A stretch of DNA of 43,443 bases from positions 1-43,443 of the forward strand of contig JAGHHB010000066.1 of assembly GCA_017887885.1 (NCBI GenBank), read 5' to 3'. Each line of letters starts with the position of its first letter. The stretch's first letter is position 1. The notes beneath the pieces were generated by a model. It made no database searches. It was not told where the DNA came from and was given only the letters and a program-made list of their open reading frames with translations. This DNA comes from Bacilli bacterium. Its GTDB lineage: Bacteria > Bacillota_I > Bacilli_A > RF39 > UBA660. The translations under genes and the position numbers were made by a program. Shown piece by piece: positions 18,273 to 27,614 of this stretch.

Positions 18273-19627
18273 AACTTGGCTATTAATTTATTAAATTCTT
18301 CTTTTCTTAATTTTAAATTTTCTGCTGTTTTAGATTCGTATCTAGTAGTTAAATGTGGTCCTGTATTAGACTTTCTAATTAAAGCAAAACCGTCATCATA
18401 TAGTACTTTAATACCATCAATTTTAGAATATGTATATTTTTTTGCTATGCAATATTCTTCGACCCTACTTACTATATAATCCTTTTTTTCTTCATCAACT
18501 TCAATTTTTTCTTCTGGTGTTGATAAATAAGATGTCACATCATCTAAAAGTTTTGAGGCTCTAGTTTTTTTTCTAGATAAAATTTCAATTAATCGGAGTC
18601 CAGCATATATTCCATCATCAATACCTATAAATCTGTCTCTAAAATAAACGTGCCCAGAAAGTTCTCCACCAAATGGATAGTCATTTTCAAAAGATATTTT
18701 TTTAGTATAAGAGTTCCCTGTTCTTACACAGATAGGTTTAATCCCTAATTTAACAAGTTCGTCTTCTAATTTTTTTGAACATTTGACATCGAAAAAACCT
18801 TCTTTTTTCCTAACTTTATCATATATATCTCTCCAGATAATAATCATATATTCATCTGCCGCTATATAAGAACCGTTTTCATCTACTACCCCTATTCTAT
18901 CACCATCACCATCAAAAGCAATTCCACAATCAGCACCTGTTTCTTTCACTTTCATTTTTAATTGTGCTAAATTTTCTTCAACAGCAGGATCTGGATGGTG
19001 ATTAGGAAAATTTGCATCAGAATCTGCAAATAAGGGAATATACTCAATAGTATCAGTTGTTTTGAATACTTCGTTTGCTACAATACTAGTTGTTCCGTTT
19101 CCACAATCATAAACTACTTTTAATTTATTATTACCCATATTTATATGCTTATTCAACATCTTAACATAATCATCTTTTATATTGACATTCAAAATTTTAC
19201 CTTTTCCTTCGCTAAATATACCATTTAAAATAATATAATAAAGATCTTTCACGTCTTTGCCAAAAATATTATGTATCCCATTATAAGACATTTTAAAACC
19301 ATTATATTCTTTAGGATTATGTGAAGCAGTAACCATTATTCCACATTTTATATTTAATTTATCCCAAGCATAATAATACATAGGAGTCGTAACTAAACCC
19401 AATCTGGTAACTGATATACCACCATCAACAAGACCCTTTACTAAACTCTCTTCAAGTGCTTCGGAAGAAAGGCGATTATCATATCCTACAATTGTTTTTT
19501 CTTTTTTTAAACTAAATAATTTTGTAGCAAAAGCTCTTCCTAAAAGATACGCAATATCTTCATTTAGTTCTGTCGGATATATTCCTCTTATATCATATTC
19601 TCTAAACATAGTTTTACATAAATTCAT
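18260..19627 (-). CDS. phosphomannomutase/phosphoglucomutase (alpha-D-phosphohexomutase family)
   Basis: Active-site TASHNPKEYNGFK, metal loop FDGDGDR and sugar-binding GGELSGH. Confidence 0.88.
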   Translation of the reverse strand: MNLCKTMFREYDIRGIYPTELNEDIAYLLGRAFATKLFSLKKEKTIVGYDNRLSSEALEESLVKGLVDGGISVTRLGLVTTPMYYYAWDKLNIKCGIMVTASHNPKEYNGFKMSYNGIHNIFGKDVKDLYYIILNGIFSEGKGKILNVNIKDDYVKMLNKHINMGNNKLKVVYDCGNGTTSIVANEVFKTTDTIEYIPLFADSDANFPNHHPDPAVEENLAQLKMKVKETGADCGIAFDGDGDRIGVVDENGSYIAADEYMIIIWRDIYDKVRKKEGFFDVKCSKKLEDELVKLGIKPICVRTGNSYTKKISFENDYPFGGELSGHVYFRDRFIGIDDGIYAGLRLIEILSRKKTRASKLLDDVTSYLSTPEEKIEVDEEKKDYIVSRVEEYCIAKKYTYSKIDGIKVLYDDGFALIRKSNTGPHLTTRYESKTAENLKLRKEEFNKLIAKLKGE

Positions 19628-19633
19628 AATTTT

Positions 19634-20554
19634 CTAATCTCTCCCTTTATACAAGTCATAATTTTCTTTTAATACATCAATACTTACATTAGTATAAATT
19701 TGTGTAGTGGAAATATTGGCATGGCCTAACATTTCTTGAATTGTCCGAAGATCGGCACCATTATTTAACAAATGTGTAGCAAATGAATGCCTTAACATAT
19801 GTGGCGTAATATTTTTATTAATACTTTTTTCTCGGGCTATTTTTTTTATGATTAAGAAAAAACCTTGTCTCGTAATATTTTTACCATGATTATTTAAAAA
19901 TATATTTTCAGTATGATAATTTTTTAGCATACAGTATCGATATTTATTTATATATAGTTTTAAATAATCAATAGCAATTTCACCAATCGGTACCATTCTT
20001 TCCTTTTTTCCTTTTCCAAAGCAACGAACATAACCATTATTTAAATCTATATCTGATAGTTTTAAGGCAATTAACTCACTTACTCTAAGTCCTGATGAAT
20101 ACATTAGTTCTAGCATCGCCTTATCTCGGTAATCAAAAGGTGTAATTAAGTTGATATCGAGTAATTTATTCATTTCTTCGATTGTAAGAACATTGGGTAA
20201 TTTTCTTTTTAGTTTTGGTGAAATTAATTTAACACTAGGATCCACTACATGGTATTTTTGACTTAAATATTTATGAAATAGTTTGATTGATACTATTTTT
20301 CTAATGACCGAAGCTAACATATAATTATTATCAGCAAGATATTTTAAATAAGAAAGAATGTCTTCATATTTAATTTTTAAAGCACTATCAATTTTCAAAC
20401 TTTCCAGATACTCCAAATATTTATATAAATCTTCAGCATATGAAGAGACCGATGTATTTTCATTCATATGCTTAATAGTAATTAAATACATTTGATATTC
20501 TTCTAATATATTTCTATTTTCTTCACTTAAGTTCATATTGTCTATCTTTAGCAT
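19634..20554 (-). CDS. xerD: tyrosine site-specific recombinase XerD-like
   Basis: C-terminal catalytic region: ...GLRVSEL..., HMLRHSFATHLL..GADLR.IQE.LGHA.ISTTQIYT. Confidence 0.8.
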   Translation of the reverse strand: MLKIDNMNLSEENRNILEEYQMYLITIKHMNENTSVSSYAEDLYKYLEYLESLKIDSALKIKYEDILSYLKYLADNNYMLASVIRKIVSIKLFHKYLSQKYHVVDPSVKLISPKLKRKLPNVLTIEEMNKLLDINLITPFDYRDKAMLELMYSSGLRVSELIALKLSDIDLNNGYVRCFGKGKKERMVPIGEIAIDYLKLYINKYRYCMLKNYHTENIFLNNHGKNITRQGFFLIIKKIAREKSINKNITPHMLRHSFATHLLNNGADLRTIQEMLGHANISTTQIYTNVSIDVLKENYDLYKGRD

Positions 20555-20676
20555 CTACCCACCATACTTTTACCTAATTATAGCAAATAGTTTTCTATTT
20601 TTCAAGCAAATTGACTATATTTTTATTATTCTAGCAATATCAGAAAAACTACTAGAAATAAAGGTTAAGAGAATTC

Positions 20677-20705
20677 TTTACATAAAATATTAAATAAGTT
20701 ATAAT
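20677..20705 (+). promoter_or_regulatory. sigma-A type promoter for rarA
   Basis: TTTACA (20677-20682), 17 nt, TATAAT (20700-20705). Confidence 0.5.
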
Positions 20706-20727
20706 ATTAAAGAAAGGATTTACAATT

Positions 20728-21936
20728 ATGGAAGAACTGCTCTCGATCAAATTAAGACCTAAAACACTTTCTGACATTATAGGTCAAGAACATTTAGTTA
20801 GTGAAGGTAAAATTATTTATAATTTAGTTAAAAATAAAAAACTATTTTCTATGATATTATATGGGCATCCTGGAATCGGAAAAACAAGCATAGCATATGC
20901 AATATGTAATGATTTAGGCATAAGATATCGGAGTTTAAATGCTGTTGTTAACAATAAAAAAGATTTTGATATTGTTATTGAAGAAGCCAAAATGTATAAG
21001 GGACTTATCGTGATAATAGATGAAATACACCGAATGAATAAAGACAAACAAGATATACTTTTGCCATATTTAGAATCTGGTCTTGTAACCTTAATTGGCC
21101 TGACAACCTCTAATCCATATCACGCCATTAACCCTGCTATAAGAAGCAGATGTCAGCTTTTTGAACTTAAAGAACTTAATATTGATAATATTAAAGAAGG
21201 AATTAATAAGGCTATTAATTCCGGATACTTAAAAAATATAATATTAGAGGATGATGCCCGCGATTATTTAGCCTTACTCAGCGGCACGGATCTTAGATAT
21301 GCCTATAATTTGCTAGAAGTTGCCTATTATGCAGATGACGAACATCACATTACTATTGATCTTATTAAAAAAGTCAATAATAAACCAAATTTATTTTTGG
21401 ATAAAAATGGGGATAATTATTATAACATTATTTCTGCTTTTCAAAAATCCATTAGAGGTAGTGACGTTAATGCCGCTCTTCATTATCTTGCTAGGTTAAT
21501 AGAAGCGGAAGATTTGGACATTATTATAAGAAGATTATCAGTGATTGCATATGAAGATATAGGTCTTGCCAATCCTAACATAGGACCGCATGTAGAAGCT
21601 GCCATTAATAGTGCCTTACGTTTAGGATTTCCCGAAGCTAGAATACCTTTAGCCGCTATAGTTATTGAACTTTCTTTATCACCAAAAAGCAACTCTGCCG
21701 AAATAGCAATTGATTCTGCCCTAGCGGATGTTCGAAGTGGCAACACTTGTGATGTTCCAAATCATTTAAAAAATCCTTCATCAGCGTACAAATATCCGCA
21801 CAACTATAAGAACGACTATGTAAAACAACAATATTTACCAGACAAACTTTTAGGAAAAGAATACTATCATCCTAAAAATAATAAGAATGAAAACATCTTA
21901 AAAGATATCATTGAGAAACTTAAAAATATCGAATAA
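20728..21936 (+). CDS. rarA: replication-associated recombination protein A (AAA+ ATPase)
   Basis: LRP..L.D.IGQ.HL, Walker A GHPGIGKTS, Walker B IDEIHR, and a MgsA C-terminal domain (SAFQKSIRGSD.NAALHYLAR). Confidence 0.92.
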   Translation: MEELLSIKLRPKTLSDIIGQEHLVSEGKIIYNLVKNKKLFSMILYGHPGIGKTSIAYAICNDLGIRYRSLNAVVNNKKDFDIVIEEAKMYKGLIVIIDEIHRMNKDKQDILLPYLESGLVTLIGLTTSNPYHAINPAIRSRCQLFELKELNIDNIKEGINKAINSGYLKNIILEDDARDYLALLSGTDLRYAYNLLEVAYYADDEHHITIDLIKKVNNKPNLFLDKNGDNYYNIISAFQKSIRGSDVNAALHYLARLIEAEDLDIIIRRLSVIAYEDIGLANPNIGPHVEAAINSALRLGFPEARIPLAAIVIELSLSPKSNSAEIAIDSALADVRSGNTCDVPNHLKNPSSAYKYPHNYKNDYVKQQYLPDKLLGKEYYHPKNNKNENILKDIIEKLKNIE

Positions 21937-21938
21937 AT

Positions 21939-22895
21939 TTACTCGTAATCAATTAGTTCTATTTTATTAGAAATAAAAGATTCTTTGATATTGATATTGT
22001 TTACTAGTTCCGTTGATAGATATTTTTTATTATCATCAGGAAAAATTGTTACAATTGGCATATCAGTATATTCACTTAAAAGAACTGCTCCAAGAAAGTT
22101 AGCTCCACTAGAAATGCCTACTCCCAACCCCAATTTTTGATTTATTAACTTGGACATATTTATAGCATCATCATCATTAATATCAAATACTGTATCTATT
22201 ATCTTTCTGTTAACTAAATCCGGAATGAATTCATCACCAATTCCCTCAATTTTATGATTTCCAAGTATTTTACCAGATGTTAAAAGCGCCATCTTTTCTG
22301 GTTCTACAGCGCCTATCAAAATATCTGGATATACTTCTTTTAATCTTTTGCTTACTCCCATTAATGTCCCGCCACTTCCTATACCACTAACAAAACCGCC
22401 TATTTTTACACTGTTTAATTGTTTTATAATCTCACCAGCGGTAGTCATGTAATGACATTCAGTGTTTAAATAATTTGAAAATTGATCAGGCCTATATCCA
22501 TTTATTTGGTGTGCCAAAATATTAGCTTTTCTTATACAAGCTTTAAATCCACCTTCAACTTTTGAAACAGGGATAACTTTTGCTCCATATAGCTTCATAA
22601 GCTTACTTCTTTCTGTACTTACCCAATCAGGTAAAAAAATATATACAGGATTTCCCATTTTAGCTCCTAATGCTGCAAGAGCAATTCCCGTATTACCACT
22701 AGTAGCTTCAATAATAGGCATACCTTTTTTTAATATTTTTTCTTTTTGGGCTTTTTCTAGCATATATAGAGCAATTCGATCCTTGATGCTGCCAGTTAAA
22801 TTATACTGCTCTAATTTAACATAAATAACTTTCTCAATATTATTATATTTGTATCTTATTTTAATAAGCGGTGTATTTCCTATCAATTTATTCAT
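21939..22895 (-). CDS. cysK: cysteine synthase family PLP enzyme (O-acetylserine sulfhydrylase-like)
   Basis: PLP-lysine motif GSIKDR, TSGNTGIALA loop and glycine loop GIGSGGT. Confidence 0.85.
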   Translation of the reverse strand: MNKLIGNTPLIKIRYKYNNIEKVIYVKLEQYNLTGSIKDRIALYMLEKAQKEKILKKGMPIIEATSGNTGIALAALGAKMGNPVYIFLPDWVSTERSKLMKLYGAKVIPVSKVEGGFKACIRKANILAHQINGYRPDQFSNYLNTECHYMTTAGEIIKQLNSVKIGGFVSGIGSGGTLMGVSKRLKEVYPDILIGAVEPEKMALLTSGKILGNHKIEGIGDEFIPDLVNRKIIDTVFDINDDDAINMSKLINQKLGLGVGISSGANFLGAVLLSEYTDMPIVTIFPDDNKKYLSTELVNNINIKESFISNKIELIDYE

Positions 22896-22942
22896 GATTG
22901 CTCACCTTAATATACTATATTTAAAATTACCTTTTTGATATA

Positions 22943-22967
22943 TAAAAAAGGCCTATTTTAAAGCCTT
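22943..22967 (-). terminator. intrinsic terminator after tcdA
   Basis: AAGGC (22948-22952) / GCCTT (22963-22967) hairpin. On the minus strand it is followed by a U-run (plus-strand A-run 22944-22949). Confidence 0.5.
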
Positions 22968-23643
22968 AACTATTTATCATTTTATCTATACAGTAATAAG
23001 CCGCTAATACACCAGCGACACTTGGTACCATTGCCATCGAAGCCACTGTCTCATTATTACTCGAAATAGGTTTTTCAGAAGAAAAAACACACGGTATTTT
23101 ACCTTTTATGCATTCTTTTTTTACATATTTTCGAAGTTCTCTAGCTAAAGGATCGTATGACGTATCTTTAAGATCACATATTTTAACAAGGGCAGGATTA
23201 ATTTTTTTGCCCATGCCACATATCGTAATCAAGTTTATATTTCTCTCTTTACATTCTTTAATTAATCTTTTTTTGACTGATATTGTATCACAAGCATCAA
23301 TTATATAATCATATTTATCATTAAACAAAAGTTCAATATTATTATGACTTACTTTCTCATTTATAATATTTACTTTGGCATTAGGATTTATTGCTAATAT
23401 TCTCTTTTTCCAAGCATCTACTTTGGTGCTGTTTATATTATTACTCAAAGCTATTATTTGCCTATTAATGTTAGAAATATCAATTCGGTCATAATCAACT
23501 ATCGTCATTTTCTCCACGCCACTTCTTACTAAAACTTCGATAGCATATCCACCCACTCCACCTATTCCTAAAATAAGTACGTTACTACTTTTAATTTTTT
23601 GATAGTTATCAAGACCGATCAAATTTATCGTTCGATCAAACAT
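22966..23643 (-). CDS. tcdA: tRNA threonylcarbamoyladenosine dehydratase (ThiF/E1-like; YrvM)
   Basis: Rossmann motif LILGIGGVGGY..E.L.RSGV....VD.D.I..SN.NRQ. Confidence 0.85.
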   Translation of the reverse strand: MFDRTINLIGLDNYQKIKSSNVLILGIGGVGGYAIEVLVRSGVEKMTIVDYDRIDISNINRQIIALSNNINSTKVDAWKKRILAINPNAKVNIINEKVSHNNIELLFNDKYDYIIDACDTISVKKRLIKECKERNINLITICGMGKKINPALVKICDLKDTSYDPLARELRKYVKKECIKGKIPCVFSSEKPISSNNETVASMAMVPSVAGVLAAYYCIDKMINS

Positions 23644-24155
23644 TATTTTTTCGATTTATAAGTGGATACATGCTTTTTCAAAATATTAGAAAGATTAGTA
23701 ATTTCTTGATTATTTAAAACCGTTTTATCGACAATAAAAGCTTTAGAATTATTAATATATAAATAATAAGCTTCTTCTACTTCTATAACTTTTTTTAATG
23801 CACTATATTCAATTGTTTCGCTATTATTTTCTGATTGAAGTTCAAACTTATTTTTTTTAAAATTGTAACTTATTTTTTTATCAATAGGGCCATTATTACC
23901 CTTCTTTATCAGTTTATTATAATTAATTTTAGGTATCATATTTGTGTTTAATTCAATTATCCCGAATAACGAAATAACAAAAGCTAGTATATCACTTATA
24001 TTAACCTCTGTTTTTCTAAAAAAATAAATTATCATTATTAATATTAAAATATTAACTATAATTCTAGGATATTTTATTCTATCAAAGTAAAATACCTCCA
24101 AAAATTTTTTAATTTGTTCTTTGCTATATATCGTTACATTTTTTATTTCATCCAT
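23643..24155 (-). CDS. YcxB-like membrane protein
   Basis: Two N-terminal TM segments plus a C-terminal domain whose layout resembles the YcxB family (weak call). The ATG at 24155 follows GAGGTG. The stop overlaps the tcdA start. Confidence 0.45.
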   Translation of the reverse strand: MDEIKNVTIYSKEQIKKFLEVFYFDRIKYPRIIVNILILIMIIYFFRKTEVNISDILAFVISLFGIIELNTNMIPKINYNKLIKKGNNGPIDKKISYNFKKNKFELQSENNSETIEYSALKKVIEVEEAYYLYINNSKAFIVDKTVLNNQEITNLSNILKKHVSTYKSKK

Positions 24156-24193
24156 TCGTAACACCTCATGATCATTATAACATAAAAATTAAG

Positions 24194-24377
24194 AAAAAAA
24201 AAGACCCAGATGGACCGACTCTGTAAGATAAAACCCGCGGCGAACGTCACAGGTGGGTCAGCACAACAATTTAATTAGGATCCTTATCAATGATAAGTAT
24301 TCAACACATAAATCGTATTAGCTCCCCGTTTAATATCTTTAGTCGGTTTTATACTAAAGAAGTCGTATCCTCTAGGC
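24194..24377 (-). ncRNA. ssrS: probable 6S RNA (about 183 nt)
   Basis: It has its own promoter and a U9 terminator. The 5' 16 nt pair with the 3' 16 nt (15 bp). Next comes an 8-bp AUAAAACC/GGUUUUAU helix, then a 17-nt versus 19-nt central bubble, an internal stem and an apical hairpin. The position between aspS and tcdA(yrvM) matches B. subtilis bsrA (6S-1). Confidence 0.6.
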
Positions 24378-24383
24378 AATTTA

Positions 24384-24412
24384 ATTATATCATAAGTATC
24401 ATTTTGATACAA
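24384..24412 (-). promoter_or_regulatory. sigma-A promoter with extended -10 driving the structured RNA
   Basis: Minus strand: TTGTAT (24412-24407), 17 nt, TGaTATAAT (24392-24384). Confidence 0.6.
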
Positions 24413-24459
24413 GTAGTTTGACAAAAGTTTACAATATTATAGAGAAGTTAGTATTGTTT

Positions 24460-26202
24460 TTAATTTTCAATCTTTATGTGAGCCTCTTTTAATTGCTCTT
24501 CAAATATCTCCGAAGGACATCCCATCATGGTATCAATACAATTGGCTCCAAATGGAAAGGCAACCATTTCTCTTATATTTTCTTCATCCTTCAAAAGCAT
24601 TAAAATTCTATCTATTCCAGGTGCCATCCCAGCATGTGGAGGTGCACCATATTGGAAAGCTGTATACAAAGATTTAAACTTTGTCTCGACATCATGTTCA
24701 TTATATCCTGCCAACTTAAAAGCTCTTTTCATTATTTCTATACTATGATTACGAACTGCACCACTAGCCATTTCATATCCATTGCATACAAAATCGTATT
24801 GATATGCTAAAACATTTTCTAAATTATTCGCAGATAGAGCACTTAATCCTCCTTGAGGCATACTGAAAGGATTATGACTAAAATCCCATTTTTTCTCTTC
24901 TTCATTATATTCAAACATTGGAAAATCATTAATTATACAAAATTCATATTTACTGTTATCGATTAATTCTAATTCAGTACCTAATTTAATGCGAAGATTG
25001 CCTGCAAGTTTATCAATTTTATTTTTGGTATCCGCTAGAACAAATAATGTACTTCCTGGCGTAAGATGGCATTTGTCTATTAGATCCTTTCTTAAAGAAT
25101 CATCGAGAAATTTATCAATCGAAGATTTAAATGACATATCACTATTTACTTTAATATATGCCAAACCACTTCCTCCTATCGACTTAATATATTCTTCTAT
25201 AGATTTATACCAAGAATTTGGTTTATTAATATCATATACGTAAATACCTCGAGCTAAATTACATTTAAACGGCTCAAAACTACTTTTAGCTAAAATTTCA
25301 CTAATATCTTCGATTATGAGCGGATTTCTTAAGTCTGGTTTATCTGTTCCATATTTAAGCATTGCTTCTTTATATGGTATTCTCCTGAAAGGTAAACTAG
25401 AAACCTTTTTATTTCCAAATCTACTAAAGACATCATAAAAAACTTTTTGTCCAACATCATAAACCTCTTCTTCAGTAGCAAAAGCCATCTCAAGATCCAA
25501 TTGATAAAATTCTCCATATAAACGATCACTTCTAGGATCTTCATCCCTAAAACAAGGGGCTATTTGGAAATATCTATCGAATCCTGAACACATAAGCAAC
25601 TGTTTAAAAATTTGAGGAGCCTGAGGAAGCGCATAAAATTTCCCTTTATATTTACGAGAAGGTATGATAAAATCTCTAGCCCCCTCTGGAGAAGATGCGG
25701 TAATTATAGGTGTTTGTATTTCAGTAAAGTGCATTTCTTTCATTGTCTTCCTAATAAAATCTATAACTTCGCTTCTAAATAAAATACGCTCATGAACTTC
25801 AGGATTTCTTAAATCTAAATAGCGGTACTTTAACCTTGTATCCTCAAAAGCTTCCTTACTTCTACTTATCTCAAAGGGAAGGATCGGAAGAGCTGCACCT
25901 AATATTTCAAAGGAAGAAATTAATACCTCAATTTCACCAGTTTTCATATTAGGGTTGGTCATTCCTTTTGCCCTTTTACGGACCACACCAGTTACTGTAA
26001 TCGTACTTTCTCTAGTTATGTCTTTTAGTTTATCGACTTCTTCGCTTATCACTTGAACTACTCCAGTTTCATCTCTTAACGTCATAAAAACTAAACTACC
26101 AAGATTTCTAATATCTTTGACCCAACCAGCCAATTTTATATTCTCTCCAATATTTTTACTATCAACATCTCCGCAATAGATAGTTCGATACAAATTTTTC
26201 AT
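24460..26202 (-). CDS. aspS: aspartate--tRNA ligase (bacterial type)
   Basis: OB-fold N-terminus, class II motifs (FRDEDPRSDR; GMAPGIDRILML) and an insertion domain, about 580 aa. The ATG at 26202 lies 7 nt after GGAGGA. Confidence 0.92.
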   Translation of the reverse strand: MKNLYRTIYCGDVDSKNIGENIKLAGWVKDIRNLGSLVFMTLRDETGVVQVISEEVDKLKDITRESTITVTGVVRKRAKGMTNPNMKTGEIEVLISSFEILGAALPILPFEISRSKEAFEDTRLKYRYLDLRNPEVHERILFRSEVIDFIRKTMKEMHFTEIQTPIITASSPEGARDFIIPSRKYKGKFYALPQAPQIFKQLLMCSGFDRYFQIAPCFRDEDPRSDRLYGEFYQLDLEMAFATEEEVYDVGQKVFYDVFSRFGNKKVSSLPFRRIPYKEAMLKYGTDKPDLRNPLIIEDISEILAKSSFEPFKCNLARGIYVYDINKPNSWYKSIEEYIKSIGGSGLAYIKVNSDMSFKSSIDKFLDDSLRKDLIDKCHLTPGSTLFVLADTKNKIDKLAGNLRIKLGTELELIDNSKYEFCIINDFPMFEYNEEEKKWDFSHNPFSMPQGGLSALSANNLENVLAYQYDFVCNGYEMASGAVRNHSIEIMKRAFKLAGYNEHDVETKFKSLYTAFQYGAPPHAGMAPGIDRILMLLKDEENIREMVAFPFGANCIDTMMGCPSEIFEEQLKEAHIKIEN

Positions 26203-26370
26203 TTTCTTATCCTCCAAATCTATATAAAAACACTTTAGCATACATAGGAACGAAAGTTACTTCGCGGTGCCATCCTATTTCACCAAAGTGCTCTTAATTA
26301 AGTTGATAACGAAACCACTCGTTTTCTATCTTATTTGACTACGCTGTCACCATTAGTCATAGAAATTTAT
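26203..26370 (-). promoter_or_regulatory. T-box leader upstream of aspS, atypically short
   Basis: The minus strand contains the T-box sequence AAAUAGGAUGGCACCGCGAAG (core at 26263-26275). Stem I is only 7 bp + 5 bp with a 12-nt loop AUGGUGACAGCG. See findings. Confidence 0.6.
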
Positions 26371-26376
26371 AAACTA

Positions 26377-26405
26377 ATTATATAATATATATTTTTTTCT
26401 GTCAA
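26377..26405 (-). promoter_or_regulatory. consensus sigma-A promoter for the aspS leader
   Basis: Minus strand: TTGACA (26405-26400), 17 nt, TATAAT (26382-26377). Confidence 0.65.
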
Positions 26406-26471
26406 CTTAAAATAATTAAATTATATAATTATTCTCTTTTAAAAGTTAAAACTTTAAAATAGCAATGAACT

Positions 26472-27614
26472 CTAACTAAACAATATCTTCTCACGATTAT
26501 ATTCTTTAACAATATAAGTAAGTAGTAGTACTATATAGACAATAGAAGATAAAATAATAATAATTATACTAGAAAAATCAATATTTCCAATAATTATTTC
26601 ATTTATGATAGTCGTATGATTAATAATTGGAATAAAAGAAATAAAACCATGTAAATTTATATTCAGCATTTCCAAAAACATAGGAATACAAGTTATTAAA
26701 CTAATTGGTGTTAAAGCTGTCTGTGCTTCTTTAAATGTTTTACTAAAGCTTGCAATTGAAATACATAGCCCAGATACAAACAAAGTATAAAAAATAAGAA
26801 TAATAATTATTAAAAATATATTTAAGAAATTAATATTAAAGATGATACTATCGTAAATAGAAAAATTATTTTTTACGTACCATAATGATACTATCGATAA
26901 TGTTACTCCAATAGCTAGAGTTATTATACCTGAAATAACAATAGCGGCGTATTTTCCTAATATTAATTCCCGGCGTTTAAGAGGAAAAGTAAGCATCGTC
27001 TCTAGCGTTCCTCTTTCCTTTTCTCCCGCTGTCGTATCCGTTGAAGTATATATTGCTGTTAAAGTTATCGCCATAACAGTAAAAGTTACTGCCATAAGAA
27101 TAACTTGATTACCAAAAACCGATTCTCCCGCTATCTCATTATTATAATATGTTATATTATGATATACTTTAGATAAGTCAATATTCTTATCAAGCAAGTA
27201 TTCTTGGCCTAAATAAGTGTTATAACCTTCTAAATAGCTTATTAAATGGGCATTTACAATGCTACCATCTTCACTTTGACTATTATTATAAATATTATAA
27301 ATATTTTCATCTTTAATTATATAAGCTATTATTTCTTTATCTTTATAAGCTTGTTCCATAAGTTCTATTTTATCGTAATAGATAGGTTCAATTTCGTTAC
27401 TTAATAATTCTTTTTCTTTTTCAGTAAGCTCATAGTTTAAACCTATTTTATAATTTTCTATTTTTTGGGTAGTTGTCATTTCTTCAAATATATACGACAT
27501 CAAAATAACAAAAGTTGGTATAAAGATTGGGGTCAAAGCCATCATAAGGAGCGATTTTTTATCCCTAATTATACCACGCAATTCCTTTTTAATAGTTATT
27601 ATAATGCTATCCAT
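26472..27614 (-). CDS. ABC-2 type transporter permease (NatB-like)
   Basis: One N-terminal TM, a large extracytoplasmic loop and a C-terminal cluster of 5 TM segments, typical of the ABC-2/NatB topology. The ATG at 27614 overlaps the stop of the ATPase gene. Confidence 0.8.
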   Translation of the reverse strand: MDSIIITIKKELRGIIRDKKSLLMMALTPIFIPTFVILMSYIFEEMTTTQKIENYKIGLNYELTEKEKELLSNEIEPIYYDKIELMEQAYKDKEIIAYIIKDENIYNIYNNSQSEDGSIVNAHLISYLEGYNTYLGQEYLLDKNIDLSKVYHNITYYNNEIAGESVFGNQVILMAVTFTVMAITLTAIYTSTDTTAGEKERGTLETMLTFPLKRRELILGKYAAIVISGIITLAIGVTLSIVSLWYVKNNFSIYDSIIFNINFLNIFLIIIILIFYTLFVSGLCISIASFSKTFKEAQTALTPISLITCIPMFLEMLNINLHGFISFIPIINHTTIINEIIIGNIDFSSIIIIILSSIVYIVLLLTYIVKEYNREKILFS

